A DNA stretch of 64,000 nucleotides, from the NCBI GenBank assembly GCA_019661895.1, contig JAIFWO010000001.1:1181-65180 (forward strand). Direction: 5' to 3'. The position numbers were made by a program, and so were the translations under genes. How positions within the stretch are numbered: the first letter of the stretch is position 1; each line of letters opens with the position of its first letter. Positions 10,831-19,973 of the stretch are shown piece after piece. This DNA comes from Candidatus Parcubacteria bacterium. Lineage in GTDB: Bacteria > Patescibacteriota > Minisyncoccia > Phycocordibacterales > Zambryskibacteraceae. Under the pieces are notes generated by a model, which made no database searches, was not told where the DNA came from, and saw nothing but the letters and a program-made list of their open reading frames with translations.

Positions 10831-11628
10831 CTAATGAGCCTGGGAAAGAAGCTTTTGGATGGGAGCAATGGTCAGGTAGGTACTTGGAGGAAGAGTGAGG
10901 TCGTCGTTAGAAGTCTTTAGCCCAACAAGCTCGCCGGAGAGGTTAAGGAGCATGCCTCCGAAGGTCTCGCCTGCGGGGTTCACGTCGGTAGTAGCATGCG
11001 AGGTGTCGACATCCACGGAAAGGACACGCCCAACTGCCACCGATGTCTTCTCGGTACCCTCGAGGGCAATGACAGTTTGGCCTAGCTTGGCCTCAATTTT
11101 AGAGACGCCGACGGTCGGAAATCCTTTCGTCGCATGAGCTGGATCGGCTTGGATCTTGAAGAGCGTTAGATTAGCGATCTCGCTCGTGCTTACAAGCGCG
11201 GCTGGCAAGGTGGTGCCGTCGGCAAGAGTAATACTGTAAGAACCTCCGGCAATAAGCTCGCGCTTGTCTGAGAGTACGAAGCCGCTCTTGGTCACGACCA
11301 CGCCGAGGGCGTAGAACTGTCTGTTGCCGCTGGCGTCGATGGGGGTATGGATGCGCACCAAGGCATCAGCGCCCTTGGCAGTCGAGCTCTGGATGGCCTC
11401 GTCGACGCCGACGATAGTGACCTCGCGCACGGTGTTGGTCGAAGTGGCGCTTGGCACGACCTTCTCGACGGTATGCTCGATGACGCGATCGATAGTTTGG
11501 GTAACACTCTGAGGAGCCTGGGCCAGGAGCGAGGTGGTAATAATACCCGTGGCAATAGAGGTGATGAAGCTTATAAGAAGCGTGAGCAAAATGATTTGCG
11601 TCTTTGTAAGATCTTCTACAGTGACCAT
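10831..11628 (-). CDS. Membrane-anchored trypsin-like (HtrA-type) protein, probably catalytically inactive
   Basis: N-terminal TM helix; GVVVTKSGFVL and GGMLLNLSGELVG fold motifs; catalytic His and Ser positions not conserved. Confidence 0.7.
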   Translation of the reverse strand: MVTVEDLTKTQIILLTLLISFITSIATGIITTSLLAQAPQSVTQTIDRVIEHTVEKVVPSATSTNTVREVTIVGVDEAIQSSTAKGADALVRIHTPIDASGNRQFYALGVVVTKSGFVLSDKRELIAGGSYSITLADGTTLPAALVSTSEIANLTLFKIQADPAHATKGFPTVGVSKIEAKLGQTVIALEGTEKTSVAVGRVLSVDVDTSHATTDVNPAGETFGGMLLNLSGELVGLKTSNDDLTLPPSTYLTIAPIQKLLSQAH

Positions 11629-11635
11629 AAAGCGA

Positions 11636-12703
11636 TTATATCACCACTTCCCTTAAGAGACGAGCGGCCTCTAAAACATCTTTCTTGCTCGTCTCCGGAC
11701 CGAAGGAGAAGCGCAAGGCCTCCCGCTCCTCTGTATTAATATTCTTGCAGGAACTTCCGGTAGAGACGCAGACACCGCGCTCATTTAATTTGACGGCCAA
11801 GAATTCGTGGAGAAGTCCCGGGAAGGACATGCTGACAATACTCGGCACGCTCAGAGCGGGAGAATTGAAAATGGCTTGGGGCAAAAGTCTCTTTACCTCC
11901 TCTATGAAAGTTTTCTTGATACTGCTTAGCCTTTCAAATTGCTCCTCCCTCTGACCCTGAGCCTCTTCGAGCGCTTGGGCGAACTCCTTTATAGCCTCCA
12001 CATTCTCCGTACCAGGACGCAATCCCCTCTCCTGCCCTCCGCCAAAGAGGATTGGTTTAATCTTTACCCCAGGCCGCACGACGAGGAGCCCTGCCCCCTT
12101 CGGACCGCCGACCTTGCTGGCATCAAGAGTCATGAGATCAACGCCGAGCTTCAAGACGTCGACAGAGAGCACGGTGGCCGCTTGGCTGGCATCGGTGTGG
12201 ATATATGGGAGCTTACTCCCCCGTTTCTTCCTATATTCTTCTACAAGACGAGAGATCTTAGAGATCGGATGCACGGCTCCAGTCTCGTTGTTGACGTACA
12301 TGAGAGAGATGAGCACCGTACTCTCTTTAATGGCATGCAAAACTTTTTGCGGATCAAGAGTGCCGTCCTCTCTCATATCTACCACGCTCACCTCTCCGCC
12401 GCGCCGTACTACTTCCTTGGCACACTCGCGCACGGCCGGATGCTCGACGTTCGAGATAACGATATGCGGTTTTAATATTTTTTCTCTATGCGCTTCGAAG
12501 ACTCCGAGAAGCGCAAGATTATCCGACTCCGTTCCTCCAGAGGTAAAGATGATGTCTCGCGCTTGGACATGAAGCACTCGGGCGATGCGCGTGCGAGCTT
12601 CTTCGAGCGCGTGCTTAGCCTCTACCCCCTCGTCATATATGGCTGAAGGATTCTCCCGCCCAGCCGCATGGTCGAGGAAGATTATTTTCTTAAAGAGATT
12701 CAT
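11636..12703 (-). CDS. Cysteine desulfurase (IscS/NifS family)
   Basis: FTSGGTESDN, VEHPAV, HTDASQ, PLP Lys in DASKVGGPKG, catalytic Cys in STGSSC. Confidence 0.92.
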   Translation of the reverse strand: MNLFKKIIFLDHAAGRENPSAIYDEGVEAKHALEEARTRIARVLHVQARDIIFTSGGTESDNLALLGVFEAHREKILKPHIVISNVEHPAVRECAKEVVRRGGEVSVVDMREDGTLDPQKVLHAIKESTVLISLMYVNNETGAVHPISKISRLVEEYRKKRGSKLPYIHTDASQAATVLSVDVLKLGVDLMTLDASKVGGPKGAGLLVVRPGVKIKPILFGGGQERGLRPGTENVEAIKEFAQALEEAQGQREEQFERLSSIKKTFIEEVKRLLPQAIFNSPALSVPSIVSMSFPGLLHEFLAVKLNERGVCVSTGSSCKNINTEEREALRFSFGPETSKKDVLEAARLLREVVI

Positions 12704-12779
12704 GGTTGAAAGATAACACATTTTCATATTTTTATTTGGGCTTTTGTTTAGCCATTTTTCGTGTTATTATGAACTTCTT

Positions 12780-14264
12780 ATGAAGGTATCTCGTCCTCCA
12801 GTGGTGGCGGTCATGGGACACATCGACCACGGCAAGTCGACGCTTCTTGACTATATAAGGAAAAGTAATGTGGTCGAGAGCGAAGCCGGCGGCATTACCC
12901 AGCACGTCTCGGCCTACGAGATCACTCACCCGCGAGAGGATGGCCGCCCTGCCAAGATCACCTTCCTCGACACTCCTGGGCACGAAGCCTTCCAGGGCAT
13001 CCGCGCTCGCGGTGCACGCGCGGCCGACATTGGCGTGCTGGTCGTCTCAGCGGAGGACGGGGTGAAGCCGCAAACGCTCGAGGCCTATAAACGCATCCAG
13101 GAATCCGAACTCCCCTACATTGTCGCTATCACCAAGATAGACAAGACTTCCGCGGACATTGACCGAGCCAAGCAATCTTTGGCGGAGAATGATATTTTCG
13201 TCGAAGGATACGGAGGCGACGTACCCGTAGTAGCCCTCTCTGCCAAAACGGGTGAAGGGGTGAAAGAACTTTTGGACATGATCCTTCTCATTGCAGAGCT
13301 CGAGAACTTCGTGGGAGAGCACGACCGCTGGGGCTCGGGCACTATCATTGAGAGCCGCTTGGATCCAAAGAAGGGCATCACCATCGTAGGCGTGATCAAG
13401 GACGGCACAGTGAGCGTTGGACAGGTGGCCGCCTCGGCTGGCGCTATGGCACCGATCCGCTTCCTCCTCACCGCCGAGGGCGAGCAGGTGAAGACACTCA
13501 CCTTCTCCTCCCCGGTGCAGATCGTCGGGTGGGACAACTTGCCTCAGGTCGGTGCCGTCTTCGAGATATTTGATGACAAAGTAGCCGCGCAATTTTATGC
13601 CGAGTCGGAAGCGGCCAAGTCGCACACAAGGAAGACGGAGGTGAAGATCGAGGAAGGCATGACTATCCTGCCGATCATCCTCAAGGCCGACACAGCCGGG
13701 AGCCTCGAAGCTATTCATTATGAACTTGGCAAACTCTCGCACGAGCGCATCGTACCGAAGATCGTCCTCTCCGCTGTCGGCACGGTGAGCGAAGGCGACG
13801 TGAAGAGCGCCATGACCACCGAGGGCACGAAGATCTTCGGCTTCAATACCAAAGTCGATCCGCAAGCGGCCGCCTTGGCGGAGAGGAGCGCGGTGGTCAT
13901 CGAGACCTTCGATATTATCTATAAACTCACCGAGAGAGTCGAAGCTCTCCTCTTAGAACAAGAACCGCGCATCCAGGTCGAGGAGGTGGCGGGCTCCGCC
14001 AAGATCCTGAAGGTCTTTAGCATTCAGAAGGACAAGCAAGTGGCGGGCGCCCGCATGCAGTCGGGCATGTTCGAGAAGAATGCTTTGGTCCGCATCATGC
14101 GGCGCGAGGAAGAGATCGGCCGCGGCAAAGTCAAGGAACTCCAGCAATCGAAGATCGACGTCGATACTGTCTCGGAGGGTTCCGAGTTCGGCATGATGCT
14201 TGAGGCCAAGGCCGAAGTGGCTCCGGGAGACATTTTGGAGAGGATCATCGTGGTGACCAAATAA
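12780..14264 (+). CDS. infB: Translation initiation factor IF-2 (short form)
   Basis: [35 protein letters not shown]. Confidence 0.97.
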   Translation: MKVSRPPVVAVMGHIDHGKSTLLDYIRKSNVVESEAGGITQHVSAYEITHPREDGRPAKITFLDTPGHEAFQGIRARGARAADIGVLVVSAEDGVKPQTLEAYKRIQESELPYIVAITKIDKTSADIDRAKQSLAENDIFVEGYGGDVPVVALSAKTGEGVKELLDMILLIAELENFVGEHDRWGSGTIIESRLDPKKGITIVGVIKDGTVSVGQVAASAGAMAPIRFLLTAEGEQVKTLTFSSPVQIVGWDNLPQVGAVFEIFDDKVAAQFYAESEAAKSHTRKTEVKIEEGMTILPIILKADTAGSLEAIHYELGKLSHERIVPKIVLSAVGTVSEGDVKSAMTTEGTKIFGFNTKVDPQAAALAERSAVVIETFDIIYKLTERVEALLLEQEPRIQVEEVAGSAKILKVFSIQKDKQVAGARMQSGMFEKNALVRIMRREEEIGRGKVKELQQSKIDVDTVSEGSEFGMMLEAKAEVAPGDILERIIVVTK

Positions 14265-14290
14265 TTGCCGAAATAATTTGCCAAAATAAC

Positions 14291-14617
14291 TTGAAAGAGA
14301 TCAAACGAGAGAAGATCGAGGAAATACTCCACCGCCTGGCGGCGCAGTTCGTGCGCGAGGAGTCTACCAACGCCTCGCTCATTACCGTCACTCGCGTCGA
14401 GATGACTCCCGCCGGCAAGGTGGCGACCATCTACTTCACTACCCTCCCGGACTCTGGCCAAGATACCGCCGAGAAATTCTTAGACCGGAAGACTCCCGAG
14501 TTCAAACACTATGTCCACGAGCACTCGCGCCTAGGCATCATCCCCTATCTCAAATTTAAAATCGATTACGGCGAACGCAACAGACAGCGCTTGGATGAAT
14601 TAGGAAGAGGGTCTTAA
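14291..14617 (+). CDS. rbfA: Ribosome-binding factor A
   Basis: Follows infB; ITVTRVEMT and IPYLKFKID motifs. Confidence 0.85.
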   Translation: MKEIKREKIEEILHRLAAQFVREESTNASLITVTRVEMTPAGKVATIYFTTLPDSGQDTAEKFLDRKTPEFKHYVHEHSRLGIIPYLKFKIDYGERNRQRLDELGRGS

Positions 14618-14639
14618 TTTGTGATAATGTAGTTCAATC

Positions 14640-14714
14640 GGCCTAGTCGCCAAGTAGTAAGGCAACTCTCTGCAAAAGAGTTATACGGCGGTGCGATTCC
14701 GCCCTAGGCCTCCA
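14640..14714 (+). tRNA. tRNA-Cys(GCA)
   Basis: GGCCTAG/CTAGGCC acceptor, ACTCT-CTGCAAA-AGAGT anticodon arm, encoded CCA; T-loop TGCGATT is atypical. Confidence 0.92.
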
Positions 14715-14735
14715 GCTTCGCATATGCGGAGCATT

Positions 14736-14819
14736 GCCCGAGTGGCGAAATTGGTATACGCGCAAGACTTAAAATTTTGTGGCCGCAAGGCCGTGTGGGT
14801 TCGATTCCCACCTCGGGCA
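14736..14819 (+). tRNA. tRNA-Leu(TAA)
   Basis: GCCCGAG/CTCGGGC acceptor, CTTAAAA anticodon loop, variable arm. Confidence 0.95.
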
Positions 14820-14821
14820 CT

Positions 14822-14892
14822 GCGAGATTAGTTTAGTGGTAGAACTGGTGCTTCCCAAGCATCGGGCGCGAGTTCGATTCTCGCATCTCGCA
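14822..14892 (+). tRNA. tRNA-Gly(CCC)
   Basis: GCGAGAT/ATCTCGC acceptor, TTCCCAA anticodon loop. Confidence 0.95.
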
Positions 14893-14941
14893 TTTAGAGC
14901 AGATTGAAAAATAATCGCATTTCTGAAATACTAGTCATTGC

Positions 14942-15014
14942 GCGCCCATAACTCAGTCGGTAGAGTAGCCGCCTCTTAAGCGGAATGTCGTTGGTTCGAA
15001 TCCAACTGGGCGCA
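14942..15014 (+). tRNA. tRNA-Lys(CTT)
   Basis: GCGCCCA/TGGGCGC acceptor, CTCTTAA anticodon loop, GTTCGAAT T-loop. Confidence 0.94.
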
Positions 15015-15063
15015 CAAAAGACACAAACATCCCGCCTGCGCGGGATTTTGTGCTTTTGTGCGA

Positions 15064-15151
15064 GGCGCAGGTATATCGAGGACAGCGGTCCGAGATACCG
15101 AGCCGGGGTCGAGAAAAATTATGAACGGCGGTGAATAATTTATTCGTAACC
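15064..15151 (+). repeat. tRNA-linked structured element, copy 4
   Basis: GGC-GCA-GGTAT...ATACC-GA-GCC-GG-GGTCG...TAACC; closing stem swapped (GGC/GCC) relative to the other copies. Confidence 0.75.
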
Positions 15152-15180
15152 ACCGAAATATGATACTATTCGAATATATT

Positions 15181-15261
15181 GCCGAGGTGGTGAAATGGTA
15201 GACACGCCAGTTTTAGGAACTGGTCCCGTAAGGGGTGGAGGTTCAAGTCCTCTCCTCGGCA
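15181..15261 (+). tRNA. tRNA-Leu(TAG)
   Basis: GCCGAGG/CCTCGGC acceptor, CCAGT-TTTAGGA-ACTGG anticodon arm. Confidence 0.95.
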
Positions 15262-15374
15262 CAGCTCATCCGTATTTGACTTTGCCTCAATTCCATGATA
15301 CAAGTAGTTAAGACTCGTTGTTTAAAAAGAATTCTCGCTGAAGGACAGCACCACTCACAACAGGAGACTGCAAA

Positions 15375-16532
15375 ATGGCAGCCAGCGAACAAAAAGTGCC
15401 CGAACAGAAGGATGGCATAACTATCTCGAAGCCGCCCGAGGCTCAGATGTTAGCCGTCGTAATCGGCAAGAATGGAATCGGCGGACTTGATCAGATAGTG
15501 GCTTCCATTAAAGGCTACCACTTCCTCTATCAAGAGTATGCTACAGATCCTCACGATCCGGCCACTGATGTACTCGATGAGTGGCAGAAGTGGGAGCTCT
15601 ACCCGGACAAAGATCCGGTGACCAAAGAGGTTTACTATGACCCGAGGAAAAAGAAACCCGATGTTCTTGAGAAAGAACTCGGCTTGATCCTCTTCGGTCC
15701 CGGTCGATCTCTCCACATTCCAAAGATCAAGTACTCAAAGTGGGAGAAGAAGCCGGGCGGTACTGAGTTCGAAGTGACCTCGAAGGATCGCTTGGACTCG
15801 CCGTATTTCTTCTTCCAGTACACCATGGCGATCCCCGCCGTTAAGGTCGAGATCGAGGGAAACGCGACTGTCGACATCATTGTCAATATCGTTATCCGCT
15901 TGATCAACCCCTACAAGGCTATCTTCCTTGCCGGTGGATTCGAGTCACTGGTCGACGCTGCAGTCGAAGGAGCAATCCGAGAGCACGTCAGCCAAGAAGG
16001 GTTCGAGAAGCTTAAGAAGGAGCTGGAGCAAAGCAAAGAAGGCTTGAACCATCGGATCATGGAGTTGACCAATCTGGCGCCCGCTACCCCAACTCCTCAA
16101 GCTCTCACCCAAGGGAACGCACCAGGTCAGGCAGACGTAGATGACGGCGGGTTCCGCCATAAGTTTGGCATCGAGATCATCCATGTCAACTTCGTCCGCT
16201 TCGATCTCTCAGAGGGAAATGCAGAGTTCAAAAAGGCTCTCTCGCAGAAAGCTATCAATAAGCTCAATGCGGAAGCTGCGGATGACAAGAAGCGAGAGAC
16301 CATCACGCTAGCGCAAGGAAAGGCAGAAGGTGCCAGGATCATGACCGAGGCTTATGGTAGCGGTGAGGCTGCGGCTCAGGTTCAGCAGTCTGAGAACTAC
16401 GGTGAGGCTATCCGAGACACTCAGGCCACAACTGTTGTCATTGGTGGAACGGGCACGCCCATAGGTATTACCACACCCTCTGGTAATCCTCAGGACCGCT
16501 CTCGCCGAGACAGAGATAGAGGGAGAAGTTAG
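15375..16532 (+). CDS. SPFH/band-7-like domain protein
   Basis: SD AGGAG; beta-rich VDIIVNIVIRLINPYKA, FGIEIIHVNFVRFD, followed by an Ala/Glu-rich coiled coil (AQGKAEGARI). Confidence 0.7.
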   Translation: MAASEQKVPEQKDGITISKPPEAQMLAVVIGKNGIGGLDQIVASIKGYHFLYQEYATDPHDPATDVLDEWQKWELYPDKDPVTKEVYYDPRKKKPDVLEKELGLILFGPGRSLHIPKIKYSKWEKKPGGTEFEVTSKDRLDSPYFFFQYTMAIPAVKVEIEGNATVDIIVNIVIRLINPYKAIFLAGGFESLVDAAVEGAIREHVSQEGFEKLKKELEQSKEGLNHRIMELTNLAPATPTPQALTQGNAPGQADVDDGGFRHKFGIEIIHVNFVRFDLSEGNAEFKKALSQKAINKLNAEAADDKKRETITLAQGKAEGARIMTEAYGSGEAAAQVQQSENYGEAIRDTQATTVVIGGTGTPIGITTPSGNPQDRSRRDRDRGRS

Positions 16533-16573
16533 CCATTTTTAGGCAGCCGATTCGCAAGGATCGGCTTTTTCTA

Positions 16574-16601
16574 TTGACAATAATGCTATATATGATATAA
16601 T
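16574..16601 (+). promoter_or_regulatory. Sigma70 promoter
   Basis: TTGACA-16 nt-TATAAT upstream of the 16649 ORF. Confidence 0.75.
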
Positions 16602-16648
16602 CAAACAAGACATCTGTTTGCTCTCTTACACTCAATTCCGAGGTTAGT

Positions 16649-17719
16649 ATGACGGCTCCCAGTAACCCACCGGGCCAACAGTCACCGCTTGCAGGCGCAA
16701 GAGGAAACCTTCCTCCGCGGCCACAGACTCCAGTAGGCAGCGGCTCGGCCATCGGGAGGTTCTTGAAAAAGTGGCTAGTGGATAACGCGAAGTGGACTTT
16801 GCCGCCACTCATCGTCGCCGTCCTCATCGCCAGTTGGATTGTCTACACGATGGTAGGCCACGGAGCATTGAAGTTTGCCTTCACGTTCCTGGGCATTCTT
16901 CTTGCCTTTGGCCTCTACCACCTGACACATCAGACAGTCGGACAGCGATTCAACATGCCCGGCGTCAGATCGTCGATGGTGATAATCGTGTTGATGATCC
17001 CGATCTTCTGTTGGTTCTTCTGGGCCATCAAACCAGAATGGTACGAAGGCTGGAGAAATTCAACCTTCTTCCCACTCATGATCATCACGGCCTTGGTTCT
17101 TGGATGGCTCTCTGGTTCGAAGAACTCAGTAGCCAATGTGGCACGTACAGCTCTCATCCTGCTCTGTCTCGTTGCCATCGGCAAGGGCGCTTACGAGAAG
17201 GTCACCCAAGAACGGGATGAGCAACAAAAGAAAGAGGCGGCTAAGCAAGTAGCCGAACAGAAAGCACGCAGCGATGCTCTCGCCAATGCCGTCTACATCA
17301 TGTCGGAGACGGACAGCGCCAGGTGCATCGACACTTCGTTCGTCGTCCCGGTCGATAGCAGAAAAAGAGCGATCATTCCCGCCGGTAAGTACCGGACAAC
17401 GTTCTGGAGAGTCGGACACACCTTGCCCTATGGCATTACTGGCGACGACGGAGTTGAAGTCGAACTTTGGCCTCAGAGCCAGACTCCGGTGATGATGTCA
17501 GACTCAAAAACCTGGCAACTGCGGGCCTTGGATGGAAAGACGGGAGAGGTCACAGTCCGCATCTTCCCAGACACTGCCAAAGGATTTCCGATCGAGATGT
17601 GTCCAAAGGCAAAGATAGCGCCCGCGGACACGACCCATGGCACTGTCCCTGATACTGTCCAGAAACCTCCGCTCCCAAGTCCGCGTTTACCACTACGCAA
17701 AGCCGCCACCCTGTACTAG
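16649..17719 (+). CDS. Hypothetical multi-pass membrane protein with C-terminal soluble domain
   Basis: About 5 hydrophobic helices in the N-terminal half; stop codon inside terminator hairpin 17700-17730. Confidence 0.75.
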   Translation: MTAPSNPPGQQSPLAGARGNLPPRPQTPVGSGSAIGRFLKKWLVDNAKWTLPPLIVAVLIASWIVYTMVGHGALKFAFTFLGILLAFGLYHLTHQTVGQRFNMPGVRSSMVIIVLMIPIFCWFFWAIKPEWYEGWRNSTFFPLMIITALVLGWLSGSKNSVANVARTALILLCLVAIGKGAYEKVTQERDEQQKKEAAKQVAEQKARSDALANAVYIMSETDSARCIDTSFVVPVDSRKRAIIPAGKYRTTFWRVGHTLPYGITGDDGVEVELWPQSQTPVMMSDSKTWQLRALDGKTGEVTVRIFPDTAKGFPIEMCPKAKIAPADTTHGTVPDTVQKPPLPSPRLPLRKAATLY

Positions 17720-17746
17720 GGTAGCGGCTTTTTTCTTAGATTTTTC

Positions 17747-18028
17747 TTAGAACTGTATATACTGCTCGTGCTGGTTAGCGCTGTTGGTGATGCCGAAGGT
17801 GCCGAGAATGAGGTGGATGATGCCGTAAGCGCTAAACATCACGAACATGCCAATGAGTCCGAAGACGAGCTTCCTCTTACCCTCCTCCCTCCCTGCATCT
17901 GTCTCGGCCGTGGCCAGGAATTGCACCACTCCAACAAAGAAGACGAGGGTTGCAACCGCAAAGAGAAAGATGATGAGCGGGTTAAGGATAAACTGATTGA
18001 TCTTGTTTAGAAACTCGTTGATCGGCAT
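17747..18028 (-). CDS. VirB2/TrbC-like (CPR T4SS-type) pilin
   Basis: Two hydrophobic helices separated by REEGKRKLVFGLIGMFVM. Confidence 0.8.
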   Translation of the reverse strand: MPINEFLNKINQFILNPLIIFLFAVATLVFFVGVVQFLATAETDAGREEGKRKLVFGLIGMFVMFSAYGIIHLILGTFGITNSANQHEQYIQF

Positions 18029-18030
18029 TA

Positions 18031-18381
18031 CTATCGATTGCCGTTGACGGTAGGAGTAGTAATGTTGGGAGCCGTGTCAGGATTGACGCCAAGAGCGTTA
18101 CCGATGAATCGGACCAGACCCCAGACTGAGACCATGACGAAGAGGGCGATGATCGAGTAGATCATAAGGCTCTTGGCTTCCTTCCTCTTCTCTTCATCAT
18201 CGGCACTAAAGATAAACTTGGCCAAACCCCAGAAGAAGGCCAGAAGGGCCAAACCGACGACGATCGGGAGAGCGGTGTTGACCAGGGTTTTGAGGCCCAA
18301 GAGCAGGTTGTTAACATTCTGAAGTTGGGCAAAGGCGAGGGAGGGAGCGAGGGCAAGAGCTGCAACTATATACTTTTTCAT
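18031..18381 (-). CDS. VirB2/TrbC-like pilin with signal peptide
   Basis: MKKYIVAALALAPSLAFAQ signal; FFWGLAKFI...KEAKSLMIYSIIALFVMVSVWGLV. Confidence 0.85.
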   Translation of the reverse strand: MKKYIVAALALAPSLAFAQLQNVNNLLLGLKTLVNTALPIVVGLALLAFFWGLAKFIFSADDEEKRKEAKSLMIYSIIALFVMVSVWGLVRFIGNALGVNPDTAPNITTPTVNGNR

Positions 18382-18461
18382 AATTAATATTTGTTTGTAA
18401 TACCTAATGGTATGCATCTATGATACTCCACATAGAAGAGAAGGCAATGAGGAAATCCCCA

Positions 18462-18830
18462 CTATCGGGCCGGGTTGCAGATCTGTCCAATAACGGGATC
18501 TTGGGTGCAAATCTGGTTGTTATTCGGGATAGGATTCTGAAGACCTGGGTCAGGAGAGATGTAGACTTCGAGGCCTAAGGCTACCCCGATGAAGCGGACC
18601 AACCCCCAGACTGAGACCATGACAAAGAGGGCGATGACGCCCCAGAGCATTCTATTCCTACCCGCCTCCTGACTCTTCTCATCGCCAGACTTGAAGAGGA
18701 AGGTAACCATACCCCAGAGAAATATAAAGATGGCCACAGCCGCCGCAAGCTCCAAAAGGATATTGATGCTGTGTCCTAGGGCGATGATAAGATCTTTAAG
18801 GCCGCTGATGGCTTGAGCAGAATTCTCCAT
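18462..18830 (-). CDS. VirB2/TrbC-like pilin
   Basis: FLWGMVTFL..SGDEK..GRNRMLWGVIALFVMVSVWGLV. Confidence 0.85.
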   Translation of the reverse strand: MENSAQAISGLKDLIIALGHSINILLELAAAVAIFIFLWGMVTFLFKSGDEKSQEAGRNRMLWGVIALFVMVSVWGLVRFIGVALGLEVYISPDPGLQNPIPNNNQICTQDPVIGQICNPAR

Positions 18831-18831
18831 A

Positions 18832-19149
18832 CTATTGGGTTCCTTTAATAGGAAGGTATGGAAGACCGAAGGGGCTAAGACCGTAGCGAGTATTGTTAAA
18901 ACCTAAGTCATTGAAGAAAAGACGGATAATCCCCATAAATGATACGAGGACGAAGAGGGCGATGACGCCCCAAATCATAAACTTGCGGCCATCGGTATGG
19001 CTCTTCTCATCGCCAGACTTATAAATAAATTTGATAAGGCCCCAAATGAAGAGAAGAAGGGCGAGGGCCGCTAGAACCGGAAGAGCGGTGTGAATGAGAT
19101 CAAGGAAGAGGAGAACGACGTCTTGGAGTCTATCAGGTGTCTGTGCCAT
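18832..19149 (-). CDS. VirB2/TrbC-like pilin
   Basis: FIWGLIKFI..SGDEK..GRKFMIWGVIALFV. Confidence 0.85.
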   Translation of the reverse strand: MAQTPDRLQDVVLLFLDLIHTALPVLAALALLLFIWGLIKFIYKSGDEKSHTDGRKFMIWGVIALFVLVSFMGIIRLFFNDLGFNNTRYGLSPFGLPYLPIKGTQ

Positions 19150-19547
19150 TAAAATTGATTTATTGTGCCTTCGATAACATTAGCGATGACATATGAGCCA
19201 AGGAGTACGGCTGTACCGATAGACGTATAGAGAAGCGCGGTGGTGGCCTCCTTGATCTGATTCTCATTGCCTCTCGCCATGACATATTTAAAGCCAGACC
19301 AGATAAAGCCGAGCACTGCTAGGACAGCACCTATGGGCAAGACCACGGTGTCGATGACTTTCTTAAGAAATTCTGGAAGGGTGTTTCCTCCCTTAAATGG
19401 ATTCGGAAGTGAGGTACCGCCAGGCGTGCTGCCGACCGCATCGGGTCCAGATGGTGTCCCGCCTCGCGCATCTTGTGCGTGCACCAGCGTAATTGAAAGC
19501 ATGAAGAGAAGAATGAAAGCTAAAAAATGTGGAAAAATCTTTTTCAT
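19149..19547 (-). CDS. VirB2/TrbC-like pilin with signal peptide
   Basis: Signal peptide ending VHA/Q; FIWSGFKYVMARGN...EATTALLYTSIG. Confidence 0.85.
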   Translation of the reverse strand: MKKIFPHFLAFILLFMLSITLVHAQDARGGTPSGPDAVGSTPGGTSLPNPFKGGNTLPEFLKKVIDTVVLPIGAVLAVLGFIWSGFKYVMARGNENQIKEATTALLYTSIGTAVLLGSYVIANVIEGTINQF

Positions 19548-19894
19548 TATCTTACGAGTGAGTAATCACTATATAGAAGTGTACTGGTAATAGTGTACAC
19601 CACCACCCATGCGACAAGGATGATGACATAGCCCGTTAAGACGCTTCCGGCCATACTCTTGGCCTTATCCAAGGCGCCCGGCTTGCCGTTAGAAGTTATA
19701 AGGATAAAGCCGATCATCACACAGGCGACAACCGTAAGGAGAGTCGCCAAGACCGTAATATCATTTATCACAACCTTGATGAGATGAATGACATCAGCGA
19801 AGCCGCACTCATGGTTGGCATCTCCCGCCTCCTTGGCACCACATACTATGAGCGGATCCCAGACTCGGTTTGCTAGGGCTAAGAGATTATTCAT
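19547..19894 (-). CDS. VirB2/TrbC-like pilin with N-terminal Cys pair
   Basis: PLIVCG...ECGF; GFILITSNGKP..LDKAK...IILVAWVVV. Confidence 0.8.
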   Translation of the reverse strand: MNNLLALANRVWDPLIVCGAKEAGDANHECGFADVIHLIKVVINDITVLATLLTVVACVMIGFILITSNGKPGALDKAKSMAGSVLTGYVIILVAWVVVYTITSTLLYSDYSLVR

Positions 19895-19971
19895 CCCGTT
19901 AGAAATTTACTAAATAAAATATTTATCATTAATCTTACCTTGACTTCTTTGACTTGTTTATTTCTAACGGG
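19895..19971. mobile_element. Miniature inverted-repeat element, copy 1
   Basis: CCCGTTAGAAA ... TTTCTAACGGG termini flanked on both sides by ATTCAT (ATGAAT on the minus strand). Confidence 0.75.
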
Positions 19972-19973
19972 AT

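Noticed and set aside
12640-12703. Cysteine desulfurase as a pseudogene because its N-terminus looks shortened
   Set aside because: The frame is open and the PLP Lys, His and catalytic Cys are all retained.
14262-14293. Three degenerate AATAATTGCC-like repeats between infB and rbfA
   Set aside because: Too short and AT-rich to support a function.
19895-19971. Integron attC site
   Set aside because: The GTTAGAA/TTCTAAC boxes are in the opposite order to attC, the interior is not palindromic, and no integrase is present.
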